Source: an uncultured virus (IMG/VR IMGVR_UViG_3300016657_000021)
Taxonomy: Duplodnaviria > Heunggongvirae > Uroviricota > Caudoviricetes
Strand: one strand, 5' to 3'
DNA: 64,000 nucleotides
Virus record (IMG/VR): IMGVR_UViG_3300016657_000021
Coordinates: 1-64,000 of that record
Both the position numbers and the translations under genes were made by a program. Below, piece after piece: positions 8,836 through 18,843 of this stretch (position 1 is its first letter; every line of letters begins with the position of its first letter). The notes below the pieces were generated by a model, which was not told the origin of the DNA, ran no database searches, and was given only the letters and a program-made list of their open reading frames with translations.

Positions 8836-10358
8836 AACCCGCCCTCACCCCACAGGAAATACAAGCGCTGCAGGCTGTCCTGCCGACGCTCTCCCCGGCT
8901 GAGAAGCTGGAGCTGCTTCAGGATCTGGAGGAGCGTGCCTCCCGCGCTTCGCAGCAGATCGGACGCGATTCCCTGTTGGGCTTCGCCATGCACGTCTACC
9001 CCGGCTTCAAGATCGGGCCGCATCACCGCAAGCTTGCCAAGATATTTCAGGACGTTATCGCGGGCAAGAAAAAGCGCGTCATCATCAATATCGCACCGCG
9101 TATGGGTAAGTCGGAGTTCTCCTCCTACCTGTTCCCGGCCTACTTCATGGGCCATTTCCCCGACAAGAAGATCATCATGGGCACGCACACCGCGTCCTTG
9201 TCGGAAGACTTTGGCCGTCGCGTGAAGAATCTCATCGACAGTGAGGAATATGCGGAGCTGTTTCCCAATACGACGTTGGCGGCTGACCAGCAGGCTTCGG
9301 GCAAGTGGAGTACCGGCGCTGGCGGTCAGTATTACGCTGCTGGTGTTGGCGGCGCTCTTGCAGGCCGTGGTGCTGATCTGTTCGTCATTGATGACCCGCA
9401 TTCTGAACAGGATGTGAAGTCGAATAGCCGTCTAGCGTTTGACACGGCGTGGAATTGGTTCCAGACAGGCCCGCTGCAGCGTCTGATGCCGGGCGGGGCG
9501 ATCATCGTCATTATGACGCGGTGGGGCAAGCTTGACCTGACCGGGCGGCTGATCGAGTACCAGATCAAGAATCCCGAGTCCGACCCGTGGGAGATCGTTG
9601 AGCTGCCGGCGATCCTGAACGAAAACACCGACAACGAGAAGTCGCTGTGGCCGGAGCAGTGGCCGCTGTCGTCACTGAAGTCGAAAAAGGCCGGGATGGA
9701 TCCCCGGTTCTGGAACGCTCAGTATATGCAGCAGCCGACCGGCGACTCCAGTGCGATCATTGCGCGGAGCCACTGGCGCATATGGCCCAAGGACGACCCG
9801 CCACAGTGCGAGTACGTCATCCAGTCATGGGACACGGCGTTCGAAACCAAGAACAACAGCGACTATTCCGCCTGCACGACGTGGGGGATTTTCTACAACG
9901 AGGAAGAGAACGACACCCCGCAGCTAATCCTGCTTGATGCGTTCAAGGACAGGATGGCATTTCCAGAATTGAAACAAATCGCGTTGAAGCACTACAAGGA
10001 CTGGGAGCCGGATGCGTTCATCGTTGAAAAGAAAGCCGCAGGTGCCCCTCTTATTCAAGAGCTGCGAGCAATGGGCATCCCCGTCCAAGAGTTCAGCCCG
10101 AGCCGAGGAAACGACAAGATTGTGCGCGTTAATGCGATTGCAGACTTGTTCAAATCCGGAAAAGTCTGGGCACCCGACACCCGTTGGGCAAGAGAGGTGA
10201 TCGAGGAAGTCGCGTCCTTTCCTGTTGGCGACCACGATGACTTCGTGGATACTACGTCCCAAGCGCTGCTCCGGTTCCGTCAAGGGGGCTTTATTGCCTT
10301 GGACTCGGATGAAGCATACGACCAATACCGCGTGCCCAGACGGGCGGCGTACTATTGA
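8832..10358 (+). CDS. terL: terminase large subunit
   Basis: Walker A APRMGKS, Walker B FVIDDP, MTRW, nuclease SWDTA...DYSA, HDDFVD. Confidence 0.95.
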   Translation: MKPALTPQEIQALQAVLPTLSPAEKLELLQDLEERASRASQQIGRDSLLGFAMHVYPGFKIGPHHRKLAKIFQDVIAGKKKRVIINIAPRMGKSEFSSYLFPAYFMGHFPDKKIIMGTHTASLSEDFGRRVKNLIDSEEYAELFPNTTLAADQQASGKWSTGAGGQYYAAGVGGALAGRGADLFVIDDPHSEQDVKSNSRLAFDTAWNWFQTGPLQRLMPGGAIIVIMTRWGKLDLTGRLIEYQIKNPESDPWEIVELPAILNENTDNEKSLWPEQWPLSSLKSKKAGMDPRFWNAQYMQQPTGDSSAIIARSHWRIWPKDDPPQCEYVIQSWDTAFETKNNSDYSACTTWGIFYNEEENDTPQLILLDAFKDRMAFPELKQIALKHYKDWEPDAFIVEKKAAGAPLIQELRAMGIPVQEFSPSRGNDKIVRVNAIADLFKSGKVWAPDTRWAREVIEEVASFPVGDHDDFVDTTSQALLRFRQGGFIALDSDEAYDQYRVPRRAAYY

Positions 10359-10366
10359 GGACAGAC

Positions 10367-11125
10367 ATGGCTGACGGGACAGGATTACAAGGACTGCTGC
10401 AGAGTGCGCAGCAAGGGCTGCAAAACTACGGGCGGAAGTTTTCGAACTTCTGGCTGGGCGGATCGCCTGCGCAGGCAATACCGGCACCCTCCCCCAACAC
10501 GAAGGTAGCACCGCCACAACAACCGCAGCTGCCAGAGCAGCCCCCGCTTCAGATGATCGAGGGGTTCCGGTTCAACGAAACCGACCCCAAGGCAGGCCCG
10601 GTGGAGGTGCTGCCGACCAAGTACCCGATGGAGCACATGCTTCCGTACCTTGAGGCGTACAAGGTTGCAACCAAGCAGTACGGTATGCCCAAGCTCTCAC
10701 CGGAAAAGCTTGCAGCAATGGCGCTGGCTGAAGGCCGGTACGACTTTGGCTACAACCAGTACAACACCGAGAACAAGGAAGCGCAGAAGCTCTACGAGAC
10801 CATGACGGCGCAGGGCATTCCGCCTAGAGCGGCGGGGTTTGCAGCGGCGATCCTTGACAAGCAACAGGTAGCCAAGCGCTTGAAGATTCCGTTCGAGAAG
10901 GCATGGAACGGCACCGGCAGATCCGCTGCAGGCAAGACGGGCAACGACTACGTGCGTCGTGTGCGCAACAACCTGAAAGCGGTCAACCACGAGAAGAACA
11001 AGAAGCTGTACGAGTTCATCAAGAGCAACACCGCTCTGGCCGACGACCAATACGACGATGTGGAGACTGCTGCCAAAGGCGGACACATCGGCAAGCCCCT
11101 TCCGGGCGGCAGCAAAATGATTTAA
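10367..11125 (+). CDS. hypothetical protein between terL and portal
   Basis: GAGGA SD, ATG 10367; C-terminal AAKGG motif. Confidence 0.75.
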   Translation: MADGTGLQGLLQSAQQGLQNYGRKFSNFWLGGSPAQAIPAPSPNTKVAPPQQPQLPEQPPLQMIEGFRFNETDPKAGPVEVLPTKYPMEHMLPYLEAYKVATKQYGMPKLSPEKLAAMALAEGRYDFGYNQYNTENKEAQKLYETMTAQGIPPRAAGFAAAILDKQQVAKRLKIPFEKAWNGTGRSAAGKTGNDYVRRVRNNLKAVNHEKNKKLYEFIKSNTALADDQYDDVETAAKGGHIGKPLPGGSKMI

Positions 11126-11134
11126 GGACAAACC

Positions 11135-13657
11135 ATGCCAATCGACAAATCGCTATACCAAGCTCCGGCAGGACTGGAATCGTTAGACGCGGAAGAAGAA
11201 AACCCGCTTGAGATCGAGATCGTTGACCCTGAAGAGGTCAAGATCAAGATGGACGGGCTGGAGATCGACATCGACCCGGATGCTGCCGGCGACGACTTTG
11301 ATGAGAACTTGGCCGAGGAAGTGCTGAGCGAAGCGGCTCTTGCCTCGCTTGGCGAAGAACTCGCAAGCGCCATCGACAACGACAAGATGTCCCGCAAAGA
11401 GTGGGAGAAGATGTACGTCGAGGGCATCAAGCTCTTGGGTCTGCAGATCGAGGAGCGCACGGAGCCGTGGAACGGTGCATGCGGTGTGTTCCACCCGATG
11501 CTGGCCGAAGCGGTTGTGCGTTTTCAGTCTGAGACGATTACCGAGACGTTCCCGGCTTCCGGCCCGGTGCGCACCAAGATCATCGGTAGAGAGACCCCGG
11601 AGGTCATGGAGGCTGCTGCCCGCGTGCAGGAGGACATGAACTTCGAGATGACCGAGGTGATGACGGAGTATCGCCCGGAGCACGAGCGCATGCTGTGGAG
11701 CCTCCCGGCTACTGGCTCGGCGTTCAAGAAGGTCTACTACGACCCGAACATTGGCCGTCAGGCGTCGATGTTCATCCCGGCAGAGGATGTGATCCTGCCG
11801 TACGGCGCGTCGGACATGGATACGTGCTATCGCGTCACGCACGTCATGCGCAAGACCAAGAACGATCTGCGCAAGCTGCAGGCAGGTGGGTTCTACCGTG
11901 ACGTGGAGCTTGGTGAGCCGCAGAAGATCACCGAAGACATCCAGAAGGCCAAGGACAAAGAGACGGGCTTTTCGGACATCAACGACGACCGTTACACGCT
12001 GTATGAGGTGCACGTAGACTTGCACCTTGAGGACGACAAGTACGCAGACGAAGACAAGATCGCCCTGCCGTACGTCGTTACGCTAATCAAAGGCACCAAC
12101 ACCGTTCTGTCAGTTCGCCGTAACTGGAGAAGCGATGACCCGCTCAAGCTTAAGCGCCAGCATTTTGTACATTATCAGTACATCCCCGGCTTTGGTGCTT
12201 ACGGCTTCGGCCTGTTCCATCTCATCGGCGGATTCGCAAAGAACGCTACCGCCCTCATGCGTCAGCTGGTTGATGCCGGTACGCTCAGTAATCTGCCGGG
12301 TGGACTCAAATCGCGTGGTCTGCGAATCAAAGGTGACGACACTCCGATTGCGCCGGGAGAATGGCGCGATGTGGATGTAGCCTCGGGCAACATCCGTGAT
12401 TCGATCCTTCCGCTGCCGTACAAGGAACCGTCCGCAGTTCTGGCGGGTCTCTTGGACAAAATCGTTGACGAAGGCCGGCGCTTTGCAGCTACTGCTGATC
12501 TGCAGGTGTCCGACATGTCGGCCAACTCGCCGGTCGGCTCCACCCTTGCCATCCTTGAGCGTCAGCTGAAGGTGATGACGGCGGTTCAGGCGCGTGTGCA
12601 CAACACCCTGAAACGCGAGCTGAAACTCATCAAAGAGATCATCCGCGACTACGCCGAGCCGGATTACGAGTACACGCCGGAGTACGGCACTAAGCGTGCG
12701 AAGAAGGAAGACTACGACAAGGTTGACCTGATTCCGGTATCTGATCCGAACGCAGCCACTCTGTCGCAGCGCGTGGTTCAGTACCAAGCCGTGCTGCAGC
12801 TGTCGCAGGGCGCTCCGCAGATTTATGACATGCCGTATCTGCACCGTCAGATGCTGGAGGTCTTGGGCATCAAGAATGCAGAGAAGATCGTGCCGCTGCC
12901 GGACGACCAGAAGCCAAAAGATCCGGTGTCGGAGAACATGTGCATCCTGAAGCTGGAGCCGACCAAGGCATTCTTGTACCAAGACCACGACGCACACCTC
13001 GCAGTGCACATGGCGATGATGCAGGATCCGATGATCCAGCAAAACATTGGGCAAAACCCGCAGGCTCCGCAGATCATGGCTGCGCTGCAAGCACACATTG
13101 CCGAGCACACCGCGTTCAAGTACCGCTTGCAGGTGGAGCAGCAGATGGGTATTCCGCTGCCGCCGGAAGACGAGAAGCTGCCGCCGGAGTTTGAGCTTGC
13201 ACTGTCGACCATGATGGCTCGCGCTGCGCAGCAAGCACTGCAGATGAACCAGATGCAGGCACAACAGCAGCAGGCTCAGCAGCAGATGCAAGATCCGCTC
13301 GTGCAGATGCAGATGCAAGAGCTTCAACTGAAGCAGCAAGAACTGCAATTGAAGATGCAGAAGCTGCAGATGGATGCTGCGGCCAAGGCCGACGAACTGC
13401 AACTGAAGGAAGAAGAGCTGCGCGGCAAGCTGGAGTTGGAGTCGATGAAAGTCGGTGCCGACATCGAGCACAAACGCACTACTCTTCAGGCACAGCAAGA
13501 AAAAGAAGGCATGCGCATGGGCATCGAGGTGTCCAAGGCTAAAGAGCAAGCTGACATGCAGCGCAAGCAAGCAGCGCTGAAACACATTGCCACGTTCAAG
13601 GGCAAGAAAGAGAAACCTGTCGGAAAACCGACAGACAAAAAGGAGAGTGAAGAATAA
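11135..13657 (+). CDS. portal protein (podovirus type, with Q-rich coiled-coil C-terminus)
   Basis: 840 aa after terL; GSAFKKVYYD, PGFGAYGFG motifs; Q-rich helical tail. Confidence 0.9.
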   Translation: MPIDKSLYQAPAGLESLDAEEENPLEIEIVDPEEVKIKMDGLEIDIDPDAAGDDFDENLAEEVLSEAALASLGEELASAIDNDKMSRKEWEKMYVEGIKLLGLQIEERTEPWNGACGVFHPMLAEAVVRFQSETITETFPASGPVRTKIIGRETPEVMEAAARVQEDMNFEMTEVMTEYRPEHERMLWSLPATGSAFKKVYYDPNIGRQASMFIPAEDVILPYGASDMDTCYRVTHVMRKTKNDLRKLQAGGFYRDVELGEPQKITEDIQKAKDKETGFSDINDDRYTLYEVHVDLHLEDDKYADEDKIALPYVVTLIKGTNTVLSVRRNWRSDDPLKLKRQHFVHYQYIPGFGAYGFGLFHLIGGFAKNATALMRQLVDAGTLSNLPGGLKSRGLRIKGDDTPIAPGEWRDVDVASGNIRDSILPLPYKEPSAVLAGLLDKIVDEGRRFAATADLQVSDMSANSPVGSTLAILERQLKVMTAVQARVHNTLKRELKLIKEIIRDYAEPDYEYTPEYGTKRAKKEDYDKVDLIPVSDPNAATLSQRVVQYQAVLQLSQGAPQIYDMPYLHRQMLEVLGIKNAEKIVPLPDDQKPKDPVSENMCILKLEPTKAFLYQDHDAHLAVHMAMMQDPMIQQNIGQNPQAPQIMAALQAHIAEHTAFKYRLQVEQQMGIPLPPEDEKLPPEFELALSTMMARAAQQALQMNQMQAQQQQAQQQMQDPLVQMQMQELQLKQQELQLKMQKLQMDAAAKADELQLKEEELRGKLELESMKVGADIEHKRTTLQAQQEKEGMRMGIEVSKAKEQADMQRKQAALKHIATFKGKKEKPVGKPTDKKESEE

Positions 13658-13857
13658 TGGAGCACGACTTCGCAAGCGTACTGCGCGAGAAGATACGCAA
13701 GGACATGAACAATTACGCAGATGATGTCGCCACCGGAGTGTGTGGCGACTTTGCGTCGTATCAAAAACTCTGTGGGGTAATTCAAGGTCTTGCACTTGCA
13801 GAGCGGCACATCATGGACCTTGTTGAAGCAATCCGTAAGGGAGAAGAAGATGAGTGA
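13657..13857 (+). CDS. small hypothetical protein (66 aa)
   Basis: TAATG coupling to portal. Confidence 0.75.
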   Translation: MEHDFASVLREKIRKDMNNYADDVATGVCGDFASYQKLCGVIQGLALAERHIMDLVEAIRKGEEDE

Positions 13858-14275
13858 CTTGCTACTGCCTCCGGGCGTGCGCATGCCGGAACCAATTCAG
13901 CAGAAAGAAACGGCTGAAGACATTCCCATTGAAGACCGTGGACGTATGCTGCCCAAGCCTACCGGCTGGAAGATCCTCTGCGGTGTTCCGGAAGTGGCCG
14001 ACACCTTCGAGAACTCGAAGATTGTCAAAGCTGACTCGTTCATGAAGAGCGAAGAGCAGACCACGACCGTGCTGTTCGTGCTGGATGTTGGCCCCGACGC
14101 TTACAAGGACGAGAAGAAGTTTCCGAGCGGCCCTTGGTGCAAGGCAGGAGATTTCGTGCTGGTACGGACGTACTCGGGCACGCGATTCAAGATTTACGGA
14201 CGGGAGTTCCGTCTGCTGAACGACGACCAGATTGACGCGGTTGTCGAGGATCCTCGCGGCGTCACCCGCGCTTAA
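13850..14275 (+). CDS. GroES-like co-chaperonin
   Basis: PTGWKIL...VLDVGPD...KAGDFVL...GTRFKI.GREFRLLNDDQIDAVV matches the Cpn10 pattern. Confidence 0.85.
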   Translation: MSDLLLPPGVRMPEPIQQKETAEDIPIEDRGRMLPKPTGWKILCGVPEVADTFENSKIVKADSFMKSEEQTTTVLFVLDVGPDAYKDEKKFPSGPWCKAGDFVLVRTYSGTRFKIYGREFRLLNDDQIDAVVEDPRGVTRA

Positions 14276-14287
14276 CAGGAGAGCGTA

Positions 14288-15268
14288 ATGCCCACTGATG
14301 ACTTCAAGTTTCCTGATGAGGATGAGAATATCACCCCACAGGACGATTCCGTTGTCAATAACGAAACAAACGAAGACGATGGGGTAGAGATCGAGCTGAT
14401 CGACGATACCCCCGAACGAGATCGAGGCCGTAAGCCGTTGGACAAGGAAGTTGCTGATCCGACTGACGACGAAATCGAAAACTACTCCGAGAAGGTTCAG
14501 AACCGCATCAAGGAGCTGACCCATGCACGTCACGACGAGCGCCGCCGTAAGGAGGAGCTGCTGCGTGAGAAGCAGGAGATGGAACGCCTGATGGCGTACC
14601 TTGCTGAAGAGAACAAGAAGCTCAAGCAGACGGTCAACGTCGGGCAGGAAGCGTACATCTCGACAGCCTCCCGTGAAGCGGAGATGCAGCTTCAAGCAGC
14701 GCGTAAAGCACTGAAGGAAGCGCAGGAAGCATTTGACTCCGATGCCATTGTTGCAGCGCAAGAAGCTCTGTACGAAGCCAAGAGCCGGTACGACCAAGTA
14801 CGAAATTTCCGTCCTACCCCTTTACAGGAGGAGGAATATGTTGTACAAAGAGAACCATCTCAACCCGAGACGGTTCAGCCGGACGAGAAGGCCCTGCGCT
14901 GGCAGGCAAAAAACCAGTGGTACGGTCAGCCGGGGTTCGAAGAATACACCAGCTACGCACTAGGGCTGCATCACAAGCTAGTCAATTCCGGGGTCGACCC
15001 CCGCACCAACGAATACTTCGAGCAAATCGACGCTCGCATGCACAAGACGTTCCCCGAGCTTTTCGGTGGAGACGATCAGTCCGGCTCTGCACGTCAGAGT
15101 CAAAGCACAGCCAAAAAGCCGTCTACGGTGGTTGCTCCGGCCTCTCGTTCGTCCGGAACAAAGAAGATCCAGCTTACGCCTCGGCAGATTGCTCTGGCAA
15201 AAAAGTATGGTCTAACCCCGCAGCAGTACGCTGCTGAAGTCGCTAAATTGGAGGTGTCAAATGGCTGA
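14288..15268 (+). CDS. putative scaffolding protein
   Basis: Acidic N-terminus, coiled coil, position upstream of capsid genes. Confidence 0.7.
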   Translation: MPTDDFKFPDEDENITPQDDSVVNNETNEDDGVEIELIDDTPERDRGRKPLDKEVADPTDDEIENYSEKVQNRIKELTHARHDERRRKEELLREKQEMERLMAYLAEENKKLKQTVNVGQEAYISTASREAEMQLQAARKALKEAQEAFDSDAIVAAQEALYEAKSRYDQVRNFRPTPLQEEEYVVQREPSQPETVQPDEKALRWQAKNQWYGQPGFEEYTSYALGLHHKLVNSGVDPRTNEYFEQIDARMHKTFPELFGGDDQSGSARQSQSTAKKPSTVVAPASRSSGTKKIQLTPRQIALAKKYGLTPQQYAAEVAKLEVSNG

Positions 15269-15698
15269 AAATCGTACTCCCCGTGATCTCGTAACTCGTG
15301 AGAAAACCGCCCGTGCTGTCTACGTTCCACCGACTGCACTGCCGGATCCGACCCCTGAACCGGGCTGGAAATACCGTTGGATTGCTACGCATGTCAACGG
15401 CCAGCTCTACGCGCAGAACACTGCAATGCGTATGCGTGAAGGATGGGTACCGGTTAAAGCGGAAGACCATCCGGAGCTGATGCTTCCGGCAAACGAGAAA
15501 GGCAACGTCGAAATTGGTGGACTTATGCTGTGCAAACAGCCGACCGAAAGCGTTGAAGCACGTAATTCGTACTACTCGCTGCAGGCCGAGAAACAGGTGG
15601 AGTCGGTTGACAACACACTGATGCGCCAGAGTGATGCTCGTATGCCGCTGTTCAATGAACGGAAGTCTACGACGACCTTTGGCAAAGGTAACAAGTAG
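15261..15698 (+). CDS. head-region hypothetical protein
   Basis: GGAGG SD; 145 aa. Confidence 0.8.
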   Translation: MAENRTPRDLVTREKTARAVYVPPTALPDPTPEPGWKYRWIATHVNGQLYAQNTAMRMREGWVPVKAEDHPELMLPANEKGNVEIGGLMLCKQPTESVEARNSYYSLQAEKQVESVDNTLMRQSDARMPLFNERKSTTTFGKGNK

Positions 15699-15722
15699 TC
15701 TTTTATTAACTAGGAGTTGAAC

Positions 15723-16304
15723 ATGGCTTATCCTACCGTAAGCGCTCCGTACGGCTTTGAGCCGATCAACCGTGTAGACGGCATGCCTTATGCCGGTGCA
15801 ACGCGTACGTATGAAATCGACGACGCGGCTGACATCTTCTACGGTGATCTGGTCATTCTCGTGCAGGGCAAAATTCAGCCGTTCACTGGCACCGACGCGG
15901 GTTATCCGCTGGGCGTGTTCGTGGGCTGCACCTACATCAACTCGATGGGTCAACCGGTGCACGGCCAGTACTATCCGGCAGGTCTGACCGGTGCTTCGGC
16001 AAAAGTCGTCGTTGACGATCAAGCCGCGTACAAGGTCGCTGTGACCTCGAACGGCACGACCATCGACTCGACCACCACGATTGCGTCGATTGGCGCAAAT
16101 ATCGAAGTGGCTCAAGGCGCAGGCGGCAGCACGACCACTGGTAACTCCAGCATGTCGGTGGCTGCAGGCACTGAAGTCGTTACCGCGACTCTGCCGATCC
16201 GTATCATCGACGTGGTTCCGGCCACCAAGACCGCTACGGGCTATCCGGAGTTGATCGTCAAGATCAACGTGACTCAATTCCAGAACGCGACCGGCGTGGT
16301 CTAA
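15723..16304 (+). CDS. putative capsid decoration/cement protein
   Basis: AGGAG SD; beta-rich; immediately upstream of MCP. Confidence 0.65.
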   Translation: MAYPTVSAPYGFEPINRVDGMPYAGATRTYEIDDAADIFYGDLVILVQGKIQPFTGTDAGYPLGVFVGCTYINSMGQPVHGQYYPAGLTGASAKVVVDDQAAYKVAVTSNGTTIDSTTTIASIGANIEVAQGAGGSTTTGNSSMSVAAGTEVVTATLPIRIIDVVPATKTATGYPELIVKINVTQFQNATGVV

Positions 16305-16314
16305 GGAGTGAAAC

Positions 16315-17223
16315 ATGGCTATTTCTCGCGCACAACTTCTGAAAGAGCTGCTCCCCGGCCTGAACGCCCTGTTCGGTCTTGAGTATGCTCGATACGGCGA
16401 AGAGCACAAGGAAATCTACGAAACCGAGACTTCCGAGCGTTCGTTCGAAGAAGAAACCAAACTGTCGGGCTTCACGGCTGCTCCGGTGAAAAACGAAGGT
16501 TCCGCACTTGCGTATGACAATGCGCAAGAAGCATGGACTGCTCGTTACAACCACGAGACCATCGCCCAAGGCTTCTCGATCACCGAAGAGGCGATTGAAG
16601 ACAACCTGTACGACAGTCTGTCGGCTCGCTACACCAAAGCTCTGGCTCGCTCGATGTCGTACACCAAGCAGGTCAAGGCTGCGTCGATCCTGAACAACGG
16701 CTTCACCGCTGGCTACAACGGCGGCGATGGTGTTCCGCTGTTCTCGAACGCGCACCCGCTGATCTCGGGCGGTGTCAACAGCAACGTCCCGACGACTGCT
16801 GCTGACCTGAACGAAACCTCGCTGGAAAACGCTGTGATTCAAATCGCTGCGTGGACTGACGAACGTGGTCTGCTGATCGCTGCCCGCCCGCGCAAGCTGA
16901 TTATCCCGCCGGCACTGCAATTCGTTGCAACCCGCCTGCTGGAGACTTCGCTGCGTGTCGGTACCAACGACAACGACATCAACGCACTGAAGAACAACGG
17001 TTCGATCCCGGAAGGCTACGCGATCAACCACTTCCTGACCGACCCGAACGCATGGTTCCTGACCACCGACGTTCCGAACGGCATGAAGCACTTCGTGCGT
17101 ACCCCGATGTCGACCGGCATGGACGGCGACTTCGATACCGGCAACGTGCGCTACAAGGCGCGTGAGCGTTACTCGTTCGGCTGGTCTGACCCGCTGGGCA
17201 TGTACGGCTCGGCTGGTGCCTAA
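16315..17223 (+). CDS. major capsid protein
   Basis: 302 aa, strongly biased codons, followed by a terminator; MAISRAQLLKELLPGLNALFG...DFDTGNVRYKARERYSFG. Confidence 0.9.
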   Translation: MAISRAQLLKELLPGLNALFGLEYARYGEEHKEIYETETSERSFEEETKLSGFTAAPVKNEGSALAYDNAQEAWTARYNHETIAQGFSITEEAIEDNLYDSLSARYTKALARSMSYTKQVKAASILNNGFTAGYNGGDGVPLFSNAHPLISGGVNSNVPTTAADLNETSLENAVIQIAAWTDERGLLIAARPRKLIIPPALQFVATRLLETSLRVGTNDNDINALKNNGSIPEGYAINHFLTDPNAWFLTTDVPNGMKHFVRTPMSTGMDGDFDTGNVRYKARERYSFGWSDPLGMYGSAGA

Positions 17224-17225
17224 AG

Positions 17226-17250
17226 AAAAGGGGGCTTCGGCCCCCTTTTT
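17226..17250 (+). terminator. rho-independent terminator after MCP (possibly bidirectional)
   Basis: AAAAGGGGGC-TTCG-GCCCCCTTTTT. Confidence 0.9.
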
Positions 17251-17282
17251 CGCGTTAATTTGTGGTATAAAGCAGTGAATTT

Positions 17283-17356
17283 CCGGGACATCCCGGTGCT
17301 TACGAACAGGCTCCCGGCCTGACGACATGCAGATCGTTTGCACCTAACTCGCATGT
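17283..17356 (+). ncRNA. candidate pseudoknotted leader RNA
   Basis: Three interleaved complementary segments behind a TGgTATAAA extended -10; see findings. Confidence 0.35.
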
Positions 17357-17368
17357 GAGGAAAATCAA

Positions 17369-17806
17369 ATGGCAGTTTCTACTACCCAGAGCATCTGGCG
17401 TTCGGGCGGCGGCGATCAAACACGCCAAGCATATTGTGGCTCGGGCCTTATGGCGGCTCAATTCTATATCGCTGACGCATCGGCATCCGCCAATGTTAAA
17501 GTCTCCTCCGCTGCAGGCGCAGCAAATCTCGTTCTTCCGGCAGGCGCTGTTGTTACGTCGGTCGTTGTAACCGATGCAGGCGCAGGCTCGGTCGATCTCG
17601 GCGTGTCTGGTTCGGCCACGGCTATTGCTACCGGCGCAGACGTTTCCGCAATCGGCACTCTGAACGTCGGTGATGGCCTGTCGGGTACCCCGCTGGCAAG
17701 CACTGCTGCAGTTCTGACGGCTGACAACACTTCCGGCGGTGGCACTGTTGGTGGCTACATGCTGTACTTCGTTGTCGATCCGCTGGCTGGTCAGCAGAAC
17801 GTCTAA
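17369..17806 (+). CDS. putative virion structural protein
   Basis: GAGGA SD; Ala/Gly/Val-rich. Confidence 0.75.
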   Translation: MAVSTTQSIWRSGGGDQTRQAYCGSGLMAAQFYIADASASANVKVSSAAGAANLVLPAGAVVTSVVVTDAGAGSVDLGVSGSATAIATGADVSAIGTLNVGDGLSGTPLASTAAVLTADNTSGGGTVGGYMLYFVVDPLAGQQNV

Positions 17807-17822
17807 GTAAGGGAGCGTCACC

Positions 17823-18098
17823 ATGATGCAGACAGACGTTAAGGCGAAGAGCTTGGCTGCGTCCGGTGACGTGTTCGCCGGACGTACGCGGGTCAAGGGC
17901 TTAGTAATCACCCCCGGCGCAAGCGCCGGTAGCGTGGCGTTGAAAGACGGCGGCACGAGTGGCGATACCATTTTCACGATTAACACTGTGGCAAACGGGC
18001 AGGTTGAGAGCATCCTCATTCCCGGCGAAGGTGTGGTGTTCAACACGAGTGTGTACGCTACGTTGACCAACGCAACCGTCACGGTGTTCTATGGCTAA
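17823..18098 (+). CDS. putative small virion protein
   Basis: GGGAG SD; 91 aa beta-rich. Confidence 0.75.
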   Translation: MMQTDVKAKSLAASGDVFAGRTRVKGLVITPGASAGSVALKDGGTSGDTIFTINTVANGQVESILIPGEGVVFNTSVYATLTNATVTVFYG

Positions 18099-18345
18099 GT
18101 CTCCTGCATGGCAGCGTAAGGAAGGCAAAAACCCCGAAGGCGGTCTGAACGCCAAGGGGCGTGCGTCTTACAACAAGGCCAATCCCGGCAAGCCGGGGCT
18201 GAAAGCTCCGCAGCCGGAAGGTGGCCCGCGTCGTGATTCTTTTTGCGCGCGTATGAAGGGCATGAAAAAGAAGCTGACTTCTGCCAAAACTGCGAATGAT
18301 CCGAACAGCCGCATCAATAAATCGCTACGCGCTTGGAAGTGCTGA
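18091..18345 (+). CDS. small basic hypothetical protein
   Basis: KEGKNPEGGLNAKGR...RRDSFCARM...SLRAWKC. Confidence 0.8.
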   Translation: MAKSPAWQRKEGKNPEGGLNAKGRASYNKANPGKPGLKAPQPEGGPRRDSFCARMKGMKKKLTSAKTANDPNSRINKSLRAWKC

Positions 18346-18346
18346 G

Positions 18347-18535
18347 ATGACCGAACATCACGACACCATGAAAAACATCGTTGACGCGGTTTCCGTCGTC
18401 ACCGTTGTTGGGACACTTGTTGACATGCTGCCATCTATCGCCGCGCTGTTCACCATTTTCTGGACAGCCATTAGGATTTACGAAACGAGGACGGTGCAGG
18501 GCTGGCTTGGCAGGTCTGCAAAACCGGAGGATTGA
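18347..18535 (+). CDS. putative holin / small membrane protein
   Basis: 62 aa with hydrophobic segments; no holin candidate next to the endolysin. Confidence 0.5.
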   Translation: MTEHHDTMKNIVDAVSVVTVVGTLVDMLPSIAALFTIFWTAIRIYETRTVQGWLGRSAKPED

Positions 18536-18537
18536 AC

Positions 18538-18843
18538 ATGAACGGGGACAGCACGAAAAGCCGAAACCCGGCAATTCCGAACGCAGGCGGGGTCAACATG
18601 GGTCGCCCCGTTCGTCAGCCGCTTCCGGCCCCGGTAATGCCGCCGGCCACCATGAATTCACCCGCCGCTCCTGCGGCACTGTCGTCTCCGCCACAAGTAC
18701 AACAGCAAACCGCAGTTGCCGTGCCCGGTGGTCGAGGAATGCCTGTACTGAAGGCGATGAAAAAAGGTGGTGCCGTAGGTTCTGCGTCAAAGCGTGCGGA
18801 CGGAATCGCGCAACGCGGCAAAACGCGTGGCAAGGTGCTCTGA
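18538..18843 (+). CDS. small protein with KKGG...DGIAQRGKT tail
   Basis: GGAGG SD; shared C-terminal motif. Confidence 0.75.
   Translation: MNGDSTKSRNPAIPNAGGVNMGRPVRQPLPAPVMPPATMNSPAAPAALSSPPQVQQQTAVAVPGGRGMPVLKAMKKGGAVGSASKRADGIAQRGKTRGKVL

Noticed and set aside
17319..17364. Hammerhead ribozyme (CTGACGA core)
   Set aside because: The required GAAA does not directly follow the putative stem II (GCATG is followed by TGAG), and I could not build stems I and III.
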